NCBI GenBank assembly: GCA_963978095.1
Contig: CAXBQP010000070.1
Span: 1-11,061 of the forward strand
DNA: 11,061 nucleotides
Reading direction: 5' to 3'
Origin: an uncultured bacterium
GTDB taxonomy: Bacteria > Gemmatimonadota > Gemmatimonadetes > Gemmatimonadales > Gemmatimonadaceae
Under the pieces are notes generated by a model, which saw nothing but the letters and a program-made list of their open reading frames with translations, was not told where the DNA came from and did not search any database. Below, one piece after another: positions 1 through 8,203 of this stretch; positions within the stretch are counted from its first letter, which is position 1; each line of letters opens with the position of its first letter. The position numbers were made by a program, and so were the translations under genes.

Positions 1-309
1 CTCTGCATCATCGCCGCGGCCGGCGGTGCGGCGCACCTGCCGGGCATGGTCGCGTCCAAGACGTTGGTGCCCGTGCTCGGTGTACCGATTCCCGCCACGG
101 CACTCAATGGGATCGACGCACTCCTCTCCATCGTGCAGATGCCGGCCGGCGTGCCGGTCGGCACGCTGGCGATCGGAAAGCCGGGCGCGATCAACGCCGC
201 GATTCTGGCCGCGGAGATCGTCGGCACGCATCGCCCCGCGGTGCGCGAGACGCTGCGCGCGTACCGCGCCGGTCGCGCAAGCGACGTGCGCGCGCAGACT
301 CTTCCGTGA
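1..309 (+). CDS. purE: N5-carboxyaminoimidazole ribonucleotide mutase (5'-truncated by the window edge)
   Basis: Frame 1 is open from base 1: [29 protein letters not shown]...[23 protein letters not shown]...NAAILA. These are the hallmark PurE motifs (AGGAAHLPG, SIVQMPxGVPV). The TGA stop overlaps the purK GTG (GTGA at 306-309). Confidence 0.97.
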   Translation, partial: LCIIAAAGGAAHLPGMVASKTLVPVLGVPIPATALNGIDALLSIVQMPAGVPVGTLAIGKPGAINAAILAAEIVGTHRPAVRETLRAYRAGRASDVRAQTLP

Positions 310-1445
310 CCACGACCCGGATTCTTCCGGGCGCGACCATCGGGTTCCTCGGTGGTGGGCAGCTGGGCCGCATGGCGGCGATGGCGGCCCGGTCGATGGG
401 TTACGACATCCAGGTGCTGGACCCCGACGTGGCGTGCAGTGCGCGGCCGATCGCCAGCAGATGCATCACCGCCGCGTGGAGTGACGCGGCCGCCGGCGCG
501 GAACTCGCGCGCGCCTGTTCCGTGGTCACCCTCGAGATCGAGCAGATCCCCGTGGGCACGCTGGACGCCGTCGCGGCGGTCGCGCCGCTGCACCCGGGAT
601 CCGCCCCGCTGTATATCGTGCAGGATCGTGCGCGCCAGAAGGAATGGTTGCGCGGTGAAGGGTTCCCCTTGGGTGGCTTCCGCACGGTTACGACTGAGCA
701 GGAGTGCGTCGATGCGGTACGTGCGCTGGGCCCGTCGATCGTGAAGTCCGCGCACGGCGGCTACGATGGGCGCGGGCAGGCACGGGTGACGGAGGCATTC
801 GAAGGTGCGAACGCCTTCACCGGCGTCGGTGGCGGGCGTGCGGTCGTGGAGGCGTTCCTGGACATTCGCGAGGAGCTGAGTGTGCTCGTCGCACGCGCGG
901 CCGACGGCTCGATGGCGGTGTACCCGCCGTCACGGAACCATCACACCGCGGGGGTCCTCACCTGGGCCGTGACCCCCGGCGGGTTTGACGCGACGACCAA
1001 CGCACAGGCGATCGATCTGGCGCGTGGGATCACGGAGCGGCTGGGGATCGTCGGCCTCTTGGCCGTCGAGATGTTCAAGCTCACCAGCGGCGAACTGCTG
1101 GTGAACGAGCTCGCCCCGCGCCCGCACAACACCTACCATCACAGCGAGCGCGCGCACGCCACGAGCCAGTTCGAGCAGATGATCCGCGCGGTGTGCGGCC
1201 TCCCGCTCGGCGCAACGGACATCGTCGTGCCCGGTGCCATCCATAATCTCCTCGGTGATCTGTGGCGCGATGGCGTCGCCCCGGATTTCGTCCGGGCGCT
1301 CGCGGTGCCGGGCGTTCGCGTGCATCTGTACGGCAAGCCCTCGGCACGTCCGGGGCGCAAGATGGGGCACCTCTCCGCCGTGGGAGCGACGCCCGAGGAG
1401 GCGTTGGCGCGGGTACAGCAGGCGTACGAACTCCTGAACCCGTAG
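306..1445 (+). CDS. purK: N5-carboxyaminoimidazole ribonucleotide synthase (ATP-grasp)
   Basis: Contains [29 protein letters not shown] and HLYGK...RPGRKMGH. Translationally coupled to purE. Confidence 0.97.
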   Translation: MTTTRILPGATIGFLGGGQLGRMAAMAARSMGYDIQVLDPDVACSARPIASRCITAAWSDAAAGAELARACSVVTLEIEQIPVGTLDAVAAVAPLHPGSAPLYIVQDRARQKEWLRGEGFPLGGFRTVTTEQECVDAVRALGPSIVKSAHGGYDGRGQARVTEAFEGANAFTGVGGGRAVVEAFLDIREELSVLVARAADGSMAVYPPSRNHHTAGVLTWAVTPGGFDATTNAQAIDLARGITERLGIVGLLAVEMFKLTSGELLVNELAPRPHNTYHHSERAHATSQFEQMIRAVCGLPLGATDIVVPGAIHNLLGDLWRDGVAPDFVRALAVPGVRVHLYGKPSARPGRKMGHLSAVGATPEEALARVQQAYELLNP

Positions 1446-1458
1446 GTCTAGTTCGTCG

Positions 1459-1704
1459 ACGACACGCACATCGGTCCCGAGTTTCCACGAACGCTCGCGG
1501 GCGCAGTGCGACGAAATCCTCGCACGCAATCAGGTGGGGCGGGTGGCGTTCAGCTACCACGACCCTGCGGACATCGAACCGATCCACTTCGTCTATGCCG
1601 ACGGATGGATTTACGGTCGGACCACGCAGGGCACCACGCTGCGCACGTTGGCGCACAACCGCTGGCGCGCGTTCGACGCGGACGAAATCGATGCGGTGTT
1701 CGAA
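1459..1704 (+). pseudogene. Truncated, degenerate pyridoxamine 5'-phosphate oxidase / NimA-like flavin-binding protein remnant
   Basis: Frame 1 reads ...FHERSRAQCDEILARNQVGRVAFSYHDPADIEPIHFVYADGWIYGRTTQGTTLRTLAHNRWRAFDADEIDAVFE, which resembles the N-terminal half of the split-barrel PNPOx-like family. There is no ATG at the expected N-terminus (ACG at 1459), no C-terminal half and no own stop codon. The frame runs on into the antisense strand of the convergent peptidase gene. Confidence 0.65.
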
Positions 1705-1728
1705 CCGGACCAGCGCTCCGGGCGTCGC

Positions 1729-2886
1729 TCATTTCCTGATGCCGCGCGCCTCAAGCAGCGCGCGGACTTTGTCGAGCGGCAGCGCGCTGACGGTGCGACC
1801 GTTTCCCGTGGTGGTGGTCGCCATGAAGAGCGAGTTGTAGACCGCTTCCTCGGTCGCCTCGACCACCGCTTGAAACACGGCCGACACTTCCTCGTTGGCC
1901 AGTTCGGTGGTCGTGAGCGACTTCGCGTTCCACGGGCGACGCACCTCGGCCGCCGTCGAGAACGCGATCGCATAGTCCCCGGATCCATTCGCCGCACTCG
2001 AGCCGGTGCGACCGAGCCCCATCATGGCGCGGGCCGCGACGCGCTCGAGGTTGCGATCGGAAAGCGGCGCGTCGGTCGCGATCACCACGATCACCGACCC
2101 GTTGCCGCGTTCGGGACTCACGTCGTTCTGGAAGGCGAACTGGCCGAGGGCCTGCCCGACGGGCACCCCCATGATCTGCAGGACGCCGCCGAAGTTGGTT
2201 TGGACCAGCACCCCGACATGATGTCCCCCCAGCGACTTGGGGAGCACCCGGGACGAAGTGCCGATGCCCCCTTTCCAGCCGAAGGCCACGGTTCCTGTTC
2301 CGGCGCCCACACTGCCTTCCTGAACCGGTCCGCTGGTCGCGCCTTCCAACGCGGCGCGAACCGCCTCGGGGGTGATGGGGCGACGCCGAATGTCGTTGAG
2401 GGTTCCATCGTTCGTCTCGGCGACCACTGGGTTCAGCGAGCGGACCCGCTCCATTCCCTGCCGTGCGAGCATCCAGTCCGCCAAGGCGTCGGCGGCACGC
2501 CACACACACAGGGTGCAGGTCAGCAGAATCGGGGTCTCGAGCTCGCCAAGTTCCCGCACTTGGGTGCTGCCCGTCAGCTTCCCGAACCCGTTCCCCACGT
2601 GCACGGCCGCCGGTACCCGCTCCAGGTACGGATTGCCGCCGTGGGGGAAGATGGCGGTGATACCAGTGCGCACGTTGTCGCCCTGATTCAGCGTGACCTG
2701 CCCGACCCGAACGCCGGGGACGTCGGTGATCGCGTTATTCGGCCCTGGGGAAAAGATCCCCGGCGCGACGCCGAGGGCTCGGGCGCGGACCCGGGGCTCC
2801 CCCTGACCGGCGGCTGGCGTGGGAGATACAACGACAGATGCGAGGGCGGTAACGCACACGCCGACGCGCAGGGATCGATTGGCCAT
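1729..2886 (-). CDS. DmpA/BapA-like P1-family (Ntn-like, self-cleaving) aminopeptidase with Sec signal peptide
   Basis: Contains NAITDVPGVRVG, GNGFGKLTG, ETNDGTLND, GAGTG, GWKGGIGTSSR, the autoprocessing site G|SVIVVIATDAP (Gly codon 2098-2100, Ser codon 2095-2097) and NGSGDYAIAFST. The N-terminus MANRSLRVGVCVTALASVVVSPTPAAG-Q looks like a signal peptide. I chose ATG 2886 rather than 3381 because the longer ORF would overlap holB. Confidence 0.9.
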   Translation of the reverse strand: MANRSLRVGVCVTALASVVVSPTPAAGQGEPRVRARALGVAPGIFSPGPNNAITDVPGVRVGQVTLNQGDNVRTGITAIFPHGGNPYLERVPAAVHVGNGFGKLTGSTQVRELGELETPILLTCTLCVWRAADALADWMLARQGMERVRSLNPVVAETNDGTLNDIRRRPITPEAVRAALEGATSGPVQEGSVGAGTGTVAFGWKGGIGTSSRVLPKSLGGHHVGVLVQTNFGGVLQIMGVPVGQALGQFAFQNDVSPERGNGSVIVVIATDAPLSDRNLERVAARAMMGLGRTGSSAANGSGDYAIAFSTAAEVRRPWNAKSLTTTELANEEVSAVFQAVVEATEEAVYNSLFMATTTTGNGRTVSALPLDKVRALLEARGIRK

Positions 2887-2892
2887 CCGGCG

Positions 2893-2940
2893 AAGATATC
2901 CCCGGACGGCTCGCGCCACTACTCCGGCGTGGGGTATCTT
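2893..2940. promoter_or_regulatory. Putative back-to-back -10 elements (TATCTT) for the peptidase (-) and holB (+)
   Basis: TATCTT on the minus strand (2898-2893) lies 6 nt before ATG 2886. TATCTT on the plus strand (2935-2940) lies 9 nt before ATG 2950. Both hexamers stand out as AT-rich in GC-rich DNA. Confidence 0.5.
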
Positions 2941-2949
2941 GAAGGAACG

Positions 2950-4011
2950 ATGCCTCTGCTTCCCATTTTCGGACACGACGCGCTGCGCGAGCGCCTGAGC
3001 GATCAGGTGACGCGCGGCGTGCTGCCCGCCAGTTTGCTGCTGCAGGGCCCACCCGGCATCGGCAAGCAACAGTTGGCGCTCTGGCTCGGGCGACGACTGA
3101 TCTGTGCCGAGCCGGGGTCCCCGTGCGGCAGGTGCCGTGACTGTGAGTACATGGCGAACGGGCACCATCCGGACCTTCGCTGGTATTTTCCGCGACCCAG
3201 GATGCGGGACAGCACCGATGTGTCGCTCGAGGAGGCGGCACGCGAGCGGGACGATGCCGTGGCCGAGCGCATCGGTGCGCACGGGCTCTATGCGCGTCCC
3301 GACGGATCGGTCGCCATCTACGTGTATCAAGCGCGACTCCTTGTCGCTGACGCGGTACGGACTCCGGCGCTCGCGAAGCACAAGGTCTTCGTGATCGGCG
3401 ACGCGGAGCGATTGGTGTCGCAGGCCGGCGCTGAGGTCGCAGCGAATGCGCTCCTGAAACTGATCGAGGAGCCGCTGCCCGACACGACGCTCATTCTCAC
3501 GACGAGCGAGCCGGGCGCACTGCTTCCCACCATCCGCTCACGCGTCGTCACCGTCCGGGTTGCGCCCCTTCGTGACGACGACGTACGGGCATTCCTCGCG
3601 AACCCCGCCGTCGCCACCGCCCTTGGCGCGGGGCGCACGGAAGACCGCGTACGCCGTGCAGGGGGCGCGCCGGGGCGGTTGATCGGTGCGGCCGACGCCG
3701 AGGCGATGGTCGAGCGGGCGCGGGTGCTGCTCGACGCCGCCACCGGCACGCGGGACGTCGCGCTGCGCACCGCCTTCATTCAGGGCAGCTCCAAGTCGCG
3801 GGGCATGTTCACGGACCTCCTCGACGCCGTCACCGTCTTGTTGCACGAACGGACGCACAGCGCCGTCCTGGAGGGCAATGCCTCGCGCGCCGCGGCGCAC
3901 GCTCGGGCGATACGTGTGGTGGAAGAGGCCAAGCAGATCGCCCACGGCAACGTCAATCCGCAGCTGATCTCCGCTCAGCTGCTCACCCAGCTTCGGGAAA
4001 TCCTCGCGTGA
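2950..4011 (+). CDS. holB: DNA polymerase III clamp-loader subunit delta'
   Basis: [10 protein letters not shown] start, Walker-A-like GPPGIGK, Zn module [37 protein letters not shown] and C-terminal NVNPQL. This is only the last 353 aa of the 825-aa ORF in the track. Confidence 0.92.
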   Translation: MPLLPIFGHDALRERLSDQVTRGVLPASLLLQGPPGIGKQQLALWLGRRLICAEPGSPCGRCRDCEYMANGHHPDLRWYFPRPRMRDSTDVSLEEAARERDDAVAERIGAHGLYARPDGSVAIYVYQARLLVADAVRTPALAKHKVFVIGDAERLVSQAGAEVAANALLKLIEEPLPDTTLILTTSEPGALLPTIRSRVVTVRVAPLRDDDVRAFLANPAVATALGAGRTEDRVRRAGGAPGRLIGAADAEAMVERARVLLDAATGTRDVALRTAFIQGSSKSRGMFTDLLDAVTVLLHERTHSAVLEGNASRAAAHARAIRVVEEAKQIAHGNVNPQLISAQLLTQLREILA

Positions 4012-4511
4012 CCCCTCGCGTCCCCCGTTCCACACCTTCCGCGCTCTCGCACATCTCGTCCAAAGGCACGGCGCACATGGTCGATGTCGGATCCAAGCGC
4101 GCAACGGCACGTCGCGCGGTGGCGGCGGGGTCGATTCGCATGAGCGCGTCGGCGTTCGCCGCCGTGCGCGACGATGGCATCGCCAAAGGGGATGTGCTCG
4201 GCGTGGCGCGGATCGCCGGCATCCAAGCCGCCAAACGCACCGCCGAGTTGATCCCGCTCTGCCATCCGTTGGCCATCACGAGCGTGGACGTCGAGTGCGT
4301 GCTCGACGCGATCCTGCCAGGCGTGCAGGTCCAAGCGACCGTGCAGACCGTTGGACAGACCGGGGTCGAGATGGAAGCGATGACCGCGGCGAGTGTCGCC
4401 CTCCTCACCATTTACGACATGGCCAAGAGCGCCGACAAAGCGATGGTGATCGAGCGCGTACGCCTCGTGGAAAAGCGCGGCGGCAAGAGCGGGACGTACC
4501 GCGCGCGTTAG
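4008..4511 (+). CDS. moaC: Cyclic pyranopterin monophosphate synthase (molybdenum cofactor biosynthesis)
   Basis: Contains LSH...AHMVDV, KGDVL, LIPLCHP, TGVEMEA, IYDMAKS and KRGGKSG. The GTG overlaps the holB TGA. Confidence 0.96.
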   Translation: MTPRVPRSTPSALSHISSKGTAHMVDVGSKRATARRAVAAGSIRMSASAFAAVRDDGIAKGDVLGVARIAGIQAAKRTAELIPLCHPLAITSVDVECVLDAILPGVQVQATVQTVGQTGVEMEAMTAASVALLTIYDMAKSADKAMVIERVRLVEKRGGKSGTYRAR

Positions 4512-6007
4512 GGTTTTTTCGAGGGGATTTTTTTCGCCGCGGGCTTCTTGGTGGGAGCTTTTTTCGCGGCGGGCTTCTTGACGGGAGCTTTTTTCGCGGC
4601 GGGCGTTTTGGCGGAAGGCTTTTTCGCCGCTTTTCCCTTGGGTGTCGGTGTCGGCCGCTTCGGGAATCGCTCGATCGAGGGGTCCGGCACATCGAATGCC
4701 GCCGCCACCGTCGCACGGGTGGGCACCAGGATCATTTGGCCCGCACGCAGGTTCCCGCTCTTCAATCGGTCGACTTTGGGATTGTACCACCCGAGTTGCC
4801 TGGCAGAAATCCCGGCCTTCTTGGCCATCGACGCCATCGACTCCCCTTTCTTGCTCTCTACACGCTTCACGCCGAGCCGCTCCACGTCGGAGAGCTCGAC
4901 CAGCCGATCCGCGAGCGCGGCGGTGCCGAGCGGTACGCGCACCAGCAATGAATCGCGCGGCGGCGCCATGCCGCGGAGGATATGTGGGTTCAGATCCTTG
5001 AGGTCTGCCGCAGAGGCGCCGACCACCGATGCGATCGCGGCGATCGAGGTGAGCGGTGCTACGGTGATGGAGTCATACGCGAAGGGGGGCAACGAATCAA
5101 CCGTGATCCCGTAGCGCTCGGGCTCCTTGCCGATCAACGCGGCCGCGATCAGCTTCGGCACGTAATCCCGCGTCTGCGGACGCAGATATTTGGTGTCCGA
5201 GAGCGAGAAGAACCGGTCTTCCCCTTGGACTCCCTTCATGTCGTCGGCATACAGCGCCAGCCCGCGTGACACGCGTCCGTCACCTCCGTTATAGGCGGCG
5301 GCGGCGAGGTACAGCGATCCATCGAATTGATCCCTGAGCCCCTTCAGGTATCGCACGGCCCCTTCGGTGGAGCGCACCGGATCACGGCGCTCGTCGATCC
5401 ACCAATCCACGCGCATGCCGGAGCCGCGAGCCGTGCGCGTCATGAACTGCCACATGCCGACGGCCGCCGCGCTCGAGTACGCATGCGGGTCATACCAACT
5501 CTCGATCAACGCCAGGAAGATCATGTCTTCCGGCAACCCACCGGCCCTCAGGCGCTGGCGGATCATGGCACCGTAGCGAGACTGCCGCCTGAGACTGGCC
5601 GCAAAGTCGTCCTTGGCGCGGCCGGAAAAGATCCGGACGAAGAACTCGACGCGGTCGTGCGTCTCGTATGAGCGCACATCGATGTCCCAGTTCGGACCGC
5701 GGGGGGCGCTGTCCGTGCCCATCGCGGGCGGTGGTCCGCCGAACACCTTGGTGGCCTCAGCGAGCACTTCCGTGGGGCTCACATCGCGGCGCGCCGAGTC
5801 CGACGTCGCGGAGACGGCCGGTGCCCGGGCGGTTGCGCCCACCTCACCCACGGAATCGCGAGTGCTGGACGGCGCGGGAAGCGTCGCCGTTGGTACCATC
5901 CGGCCGGACGGGGCCTCGGGTGCGACGGCGGCATGTCCCATCGGGCGCAAGCCGCCGCACGCCGCGACGACGACGGCCAGGAGCCCCGTCGCCATCCTCG
6001 GCGCCAT
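4508..6007 (-). CDS. MltD-like lytic murein transglycosylase lipoprotein (SLT domain, LysM-like repeats, basic C-terminal tail)
   Basis: SLT motifs LALIES (catalytic Glu), [20 protein letters not shown] and TRDYVPK. LysM-like segments [21 protein letters not shown] and [25 protein letters not shown]...[10 protein letters not shown]. Lipobox-like LLAVVVAAC. The start is uncertain (6007, 5995 or 6055). Confidence 0.88.
   Translation of the reverse strand: MAPRMATGLLAVVVAACGGLRPMGHAAVAPEAPSGRMVPTATLPAPSSTRDSVGEVGATARAPAVSATSDSARRDVSPTEVLAEATKVFGGPPPAMGTDSAPRGPNWDIDVRSYETHDRVEFFVRIFSGRAKDDFAASLRRQSRYGAMIRQRLRAGGLPEDMIFLALIESWYDPHAYSSAAAVGMWQFMTRTARGSGMRVDWWIDERRDPVRSTEGAVRYLKGLRDQFDGSLYLAAAAYNGGDGRVSRGLALYADDMKGVQGEDRFFSLSDTKYLRPQTRDYVPKLIAAALIGKEPERYGITVDSLPPFAYDSITVAPLTSIAAIASVVGASAADLKDLNPHILRGMAPPRDSLLVRVPLGTAALADRLVELSDVERLGVKRVESKKGESMASMAKKAGISARQLGWYNPKVDRLKSGNLRAGQMILVPTRATVAAAFDVPDPSIERFPKRPTPTPKGKAAKKPSAKTPAAKKAPVKKPAAKKAPTKKPAAKKIPSKKP
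4531..4630. repeat. 30-bp imperfect tandem repeat (about 3.3 copies) encoding a [13 protein letters not shown] decapeptide
   Basis: Units TTTTCGCCGCGGGCTTCTTGGTGGGAGCTT (4531-4560), TTTTCGCGGCGGGCTTCTTGACGGGAGCTT (4561-4590), TTTTCGCGGCGGGCGTTTTGGCGGAAGGCT (4591-4620), and a partial unit from 4621. Confidence 0.9.
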
Positions 6008-6059
6008 GGCACCGCACCACGACCACCGGTCCCAGTTCCTGCGCAGTCCCCGCATCCCG

Positions 6060-6065
6060 TATATT
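6060..6065 (+). promoter_or_regulatory. Putative -10 element (TATATT) for a leaderless transcript of the serine hydrolase
   Basis: TATATT, 6 nt, then ATG 6072. No Shine-Dalgarno sequence. Confidence 0.5.
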
Positions 6066-6071
6066 CGACGC

Positions 6072-7025
6072 ATGCGCTCCCTCTTGCCAGCCCTTGTGTT
6101 CCTGTCGGCGTGTACCGCACGAATAGGCCCGAACACGACACCTTCGCCCAGCGCACGTCCTGACGCACACACCGCGCCGACCACGCCGACGGCGCTCGAT
6201 TCGCTGCGCGACCGTATCGGCGCGCGCATCCGTGCCCTTCCCGGCGCCGAGGTCGCGGTGTGGTACCGTGACCTCGGGAGCGCGGACTCGCTCGGCGTGG
6301 ACGCAGATCTCTCGTTCCACGCCGCCAGCACCATGAAGGTCCCGGTCATGATCGAGCTGTTCCGACAGGTCGATGCCGGTACCCTCCAGCTCGAGCAACC
6401 GCTACGGATCGAAAATCGATTCACCTCGATCGTCGATGGCTCGCCGTACACGCTGAACGCCAATGACGATTCGGATTCCACGCTCTACCAGCGGATCGGC
6501 CAATCGGTTCCGTTGCGAGAACTCAACCTCCGGATGATCACCCGGTCCAGCAACTTCGCCACCAATCTGATCATCCAACTGCTGGACGCACCCACCATCA
6601 CCACCCATGCGCGCGCACTGGGCGCACGCGACATCCAGGTACGACGGGGAGTCGAGGACACCAAAGCTTTCGACGCCGGGCTCAACAACACCACGACCGC
6701 CCACGACCTCGGCGTCCTCATGGCCGCCATCGAACAGGGGCGCGCGGGCTCGCCGACCAGCACGGCCGCCATGCGATCGGTGCTCCTGCAGCAGGAGTTC
6801 AACGACGAGATTCCCGCCGGCCTGCCGGCGGGGACACCGGTGGCGCACAAGACCGGGTCGATCACGGCGACCTGGCACGATGCCGCGATCGTGTACCCCA
6901 AAGGCCGGCGCGCCCCGTACGTGCTCGTGCTGCTGACGCGAAAGATTCCGAAGGAAAAGGACGCGCAGGCGCTGATGGCCGCGATCTCGCGCGAGATCTA
7001 TGCGTTCGCGATGCGACGAGGCTGA
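6072..7025 (+). CDS. Class-A beta-lactamase-fold serine hydrolase / PBP-like lipoprotein
   Basis: Lipoprotein signal MRSLLPALVFLSAC, SxxK (ASTMK), SxN (RSSNFATN), NTTTAHD, HKTG and WHDAAIV. The canonical class-A omega-loop ExxLN is not evident. Confidence 0.88.
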   Translation: MRSLLPALVFLSACTARIGPNTTPSPSARPDAHTAPTTPTALDSLRDRIGARIRALPGAEVAVWYRDLGSADSLGVDADLSFHAASTMKVPVMIELFRQVDAGTLQLEQPLRIENRFTSIVDGSPYTLNANDDSDSTLYQRIGQSVPLRELNLRMITRSSNFATNLIIQLLDAPTITTHARALGARDIQVRRGVEDTKAFDAGLNNTTTAHDLGVLMAAIEQGRAGSPTSTAAMRSVLLQQEFNDEIPAGLPAGTPVAHKTGSITATWHDAAIVYPKGRRAPYVLVLLTRKIPKEKDAQALMAAISREIYAFAMRRG

Positions 7026-8203
7026 CCGAGGACGTCCCAGTAATCGAGCACCAATCGATCGAAGATCGCATCCCAGGTGCGCGTCGCGGCAACCGCGGCG
7101 CCGGCGTCGGCGATGCGCGCCCGTAGCGCGGGGTCCGCGATCAGCCGCTCCACGCGATCGGCCAACGCCGCAGGGTCGTGCGCGGGGAACTGCAGGGCGG
7201 TCTGCGTTGTGGCCAACTCGGTGGTCGCTCCCCAGTCGGGCGCGACGACTGCGAGTCGACTCGCCATGGCTTCCAGCACGACATTCCCGAATGTCTCGGT
7301 GATCGACGGGAACACGAACACATCAGCGCTCGCGTAGAACTCCGACAACGCGCGTCCGCCGAGCTTGCCGACGAAGGTCGTGCCCGCGGGAGCGATGGCG
7401 CGACACTGTGCCTCGGCGGGGCCATCGCCCGCGAGCGCGAAGGCGACTTTTCGGGTTCCGGCGTGGCGCGTCATCACTTGCCGCATCCCTTCGAGCGCGA
7501 CGTCGATCCCCTTCTCCGGCGCGATGCGTCCGACGTAGACGACGAGCACCGTGTCATCGTCGGCGCCGAGCGACTCGCGCAGCTCGCGCGACCGGAACGC
7601 CGGTGCAAATCGGGTATGGTCCACGCCGCGCGACCAGACCCGCGTCCCATGGAACCCTTTGTCCTCGAGCTCGGCACGCACGATCTCGGACGGTGCGAAG
7701 GTGCGCCGCCCCGCATTGTGGTACCAGCGGAGGAACGGCCAGGTCACCCCACCCATGAACGTCAATCGGTAATGTTCGAGATAGGCCGAAAAGTGCGTGT
7801 GATAGCTCGTGACAAAGGGGATCCGCGCCTGGCGGGCGGCCATGAGTCCGCCGATCCCCACGCCGAACTCGGTCGCACCATGGACCAGCGTGGGATGCCA
7901 GTCGTCGATCACCTGCATCGCGCGCGACGCAGCGGGCGCCGCGATCCGCAGCTGCGGATACGCCCAGAAGGGGATGCTCGGCCAGCGCTCGATCCGGGGA
8001 TCACGGGGCGCATCGGGATCCGCCACGGTGATCACGCGGGCCGCGCCCCCACGCGCCTCGATCGCCCCGACCAGGCGCTCGAGGGTTCTGGAAACCCCGT
8101 TGACCTGCGGCGGATAGGTGTCCGAGAAGATCGCCAGACGGAGGCCTGCCGCAGAACGATCACGCGCCACGTCCGGCACGAACGGAGGGCGCGTGTTCGG
8201 CAC
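6998..8203 (-). CDS. GT4 (GT-B fold) glycosyltransferase, Agt/SQD2/MgtA-like lipid glycosyltransferase group
   Basis: Contains RLAIFSDTYPPQVNGVS, SYHTHF, RGVD, YVGRIAPEKG, YASADVFVFPS and the E-x7-E motif ETFGNVVLE. GTG 8203 overlaps the PAP2 stop (TAGTG); GTG 8179 is an alternative start. Confidence 0.9.
   Translation of the reverse strand: MPNTRPPFVPDVARDRSAAGLRLAIFSDTYPPQVNGVSRTLERLVGAIEARGGAARVITVADPDAPRDPRIERWPSIPFWAYPQLRIAAPAASRAMQVIDDWHPTLVHGATEFGVGIGGLMAARQARIPFVTSYHTHFSAYLEHYRLTFMGGVTWPFLRWYHNAGRRTFAPSEIVRAELEDKGFHGTRVWSRGVDHTRFAPAFRSRELRESLGADDDTVLVVYVGRIAPEKGIDVALEGMRQVMTRHAGTRKVAFALAGDGPAEAQCRAIAPAGTTFVGKLGGRALSEFYASADVFVFPSITETFGNVVLEAMASRLAVVAPDWGATTELATTQTALQFPAHDPAALADRVERLIADPALRARIADAGAAVAATRTWDAIFDRLVLDYWDVLGQPRRIANA

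Noticed and set aside
1705..1721. CCGGA-N7-TCCGG hairpin after the peptidase stop as a terminator
   Set aside because: The stem is only 5 bp and there is no proper U-tract; this is expected by chance at this GC content.
1534..4011. 825-aa ORF suggesting a PNPOx-HolB fusion
   Set aside because: The middle ~385 codons are the exact in-register antisense of the peptidase gene. That frame stays open in high-GC DNA because TTA/CTA/TCA codons are rare. HolB has its own start at 2950.
4531..4630. 30-bp repeats as a CRISPR array
   Set aside because: The units are contiguous with no unique spacers, they are in-frame coding, and there are no cas genes.
5613..6481. Apparent long head-to-head overlap of the 657-aa and 470-aa ORFs
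   Set aside because: Both proteins have lipoprotein signal peptides at internal starts (about 6007 and 6072), which removes the overlap.
6072..7025. Calling the serine hydrolase a true class A beta-lactamase (bla)
   Set aside because: It has SSN rather than SDN and no clear ExxLN omega-loop motif, so resistance function is unsupported.
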